In this document: one piece after another, positions 63,688 through 64,000 of the stretch
How positions within the stretch are numbered: position 1 is the stretch's first letter
Layout of the letters: each line of letters starts with the position of its first letter
Assembly: GCA_001244265.2 (NCBI GenBank)
Contig: CDLV01000006.1
Coordinates: forward strand, 1,488,001-1,552,000
DNA from: Microbotryum violaceum
Taxonomy: Eukaryota
Length of the DNA: 64,000 nt
Direction of reading: 5' to 3'
Notes under the pieces: model-generated
Told to the model about the DNA's origin: nothing
Seen by the model: the letters and a program-made list of their open reading frames with translations, nothing else
Database searches by the model: none
Program-made: the position numbers and the translations under genes

Positions 63688-64000
63688 TCAAACGACTCGA
63701 CTGAGAATCCGATAATCGACTTCTGGCTGGGAGAAGAAGGAGGGGTCGATCTCGTCGGTGCTGTACCTAATAATGAACGACTCGTCAGTCAATAACACCG
63801 ATAAGTCGGGAAAGAACGCGTACCCTTGACTCTCGTAGAACGCCAAAGCTTCGGCATTGGCTGTTCGAAGTCGCGGTTGTTTCACACCCCGAAACCCAGG
63901 GCCAATCAGCGTAAGGACTGAGGTGAATGGGAGAAATTGAAACTTACATTTGAGACATGTCAACATAACCTTGTCCATCTTCCAACCCTTGGCGATCCAT
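63688..64000 (-). CDS. NAT4: Histone N-terminal acetyltransferase Nat4/Naa40, 3' part
   Basis: MDKVMLTCLK|ANAEALAFYESQGY|STDEIDPS...DYRILSR*, matching the Naa40 C-terminus. The 5' part lies outside the window. Confidence 0.82.
   Translation of the reverse strand, partial: WIAKGWKMDKVMLTCLKCKFQFLPFTSVLTLIGPGFRGVKQPRLRTANAEALAFYESQGYAFFPDLSVLLTDESFIIRYSTDEIDPSFFSQPEVDYRILSRVV

Overview
Intron-rich eukaryotic DNA with short GT-AG introns and densely packed genes. It is most likely from a basidiomycete fungus (Microbotryomycetes/Pucciniomycotina-like; inferred from gene structure and protein motifs, not from a search). The window holds about 18 mostly housekeeping genes: RBX1 (3' part), a HotDog thioesterase, CTK3, UTP20, KRI1, an ANT1-like carrier, an MDL1-like ABC half-transporter, an enoyl-reductase-like MDR, an Rdx/SelW-like protein, LIG4, an RWD/DUF1115 protein, a TRI12-type MFS transporter, DRS2, TFC1, a VSB1-like SulP-STAS-cNMP transporter, MCT1, MZT1 and NAT4 (3' part). 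Three decayed transposons lie between genes. (1) A Helitron with both termini and an internal inversion (28391-31807). (2) A second, deleted Helitron (~43470-45905). (3) An L1-type LINE on the minus strand (48389-~53334). The most unusual structure is an intron-containing tRNA-Tyr(GUA)-like sequence with a damaged A-box, an intact B-box and no terminator, co-oriented with the LINE at its 5' side, while the LINE 3' tail lies ~150 bp upstream of the TFIIIC-subunit gene TFC1. Also notable: a PAC-like heptamer array between the divergent 40S-biogenesis genes UTP20 and KRI1, and an MCT1 whose malonyl-binding Arg aligns with His. Coordinates were read by eye; spans include introns and TE ends are approximate where stated.
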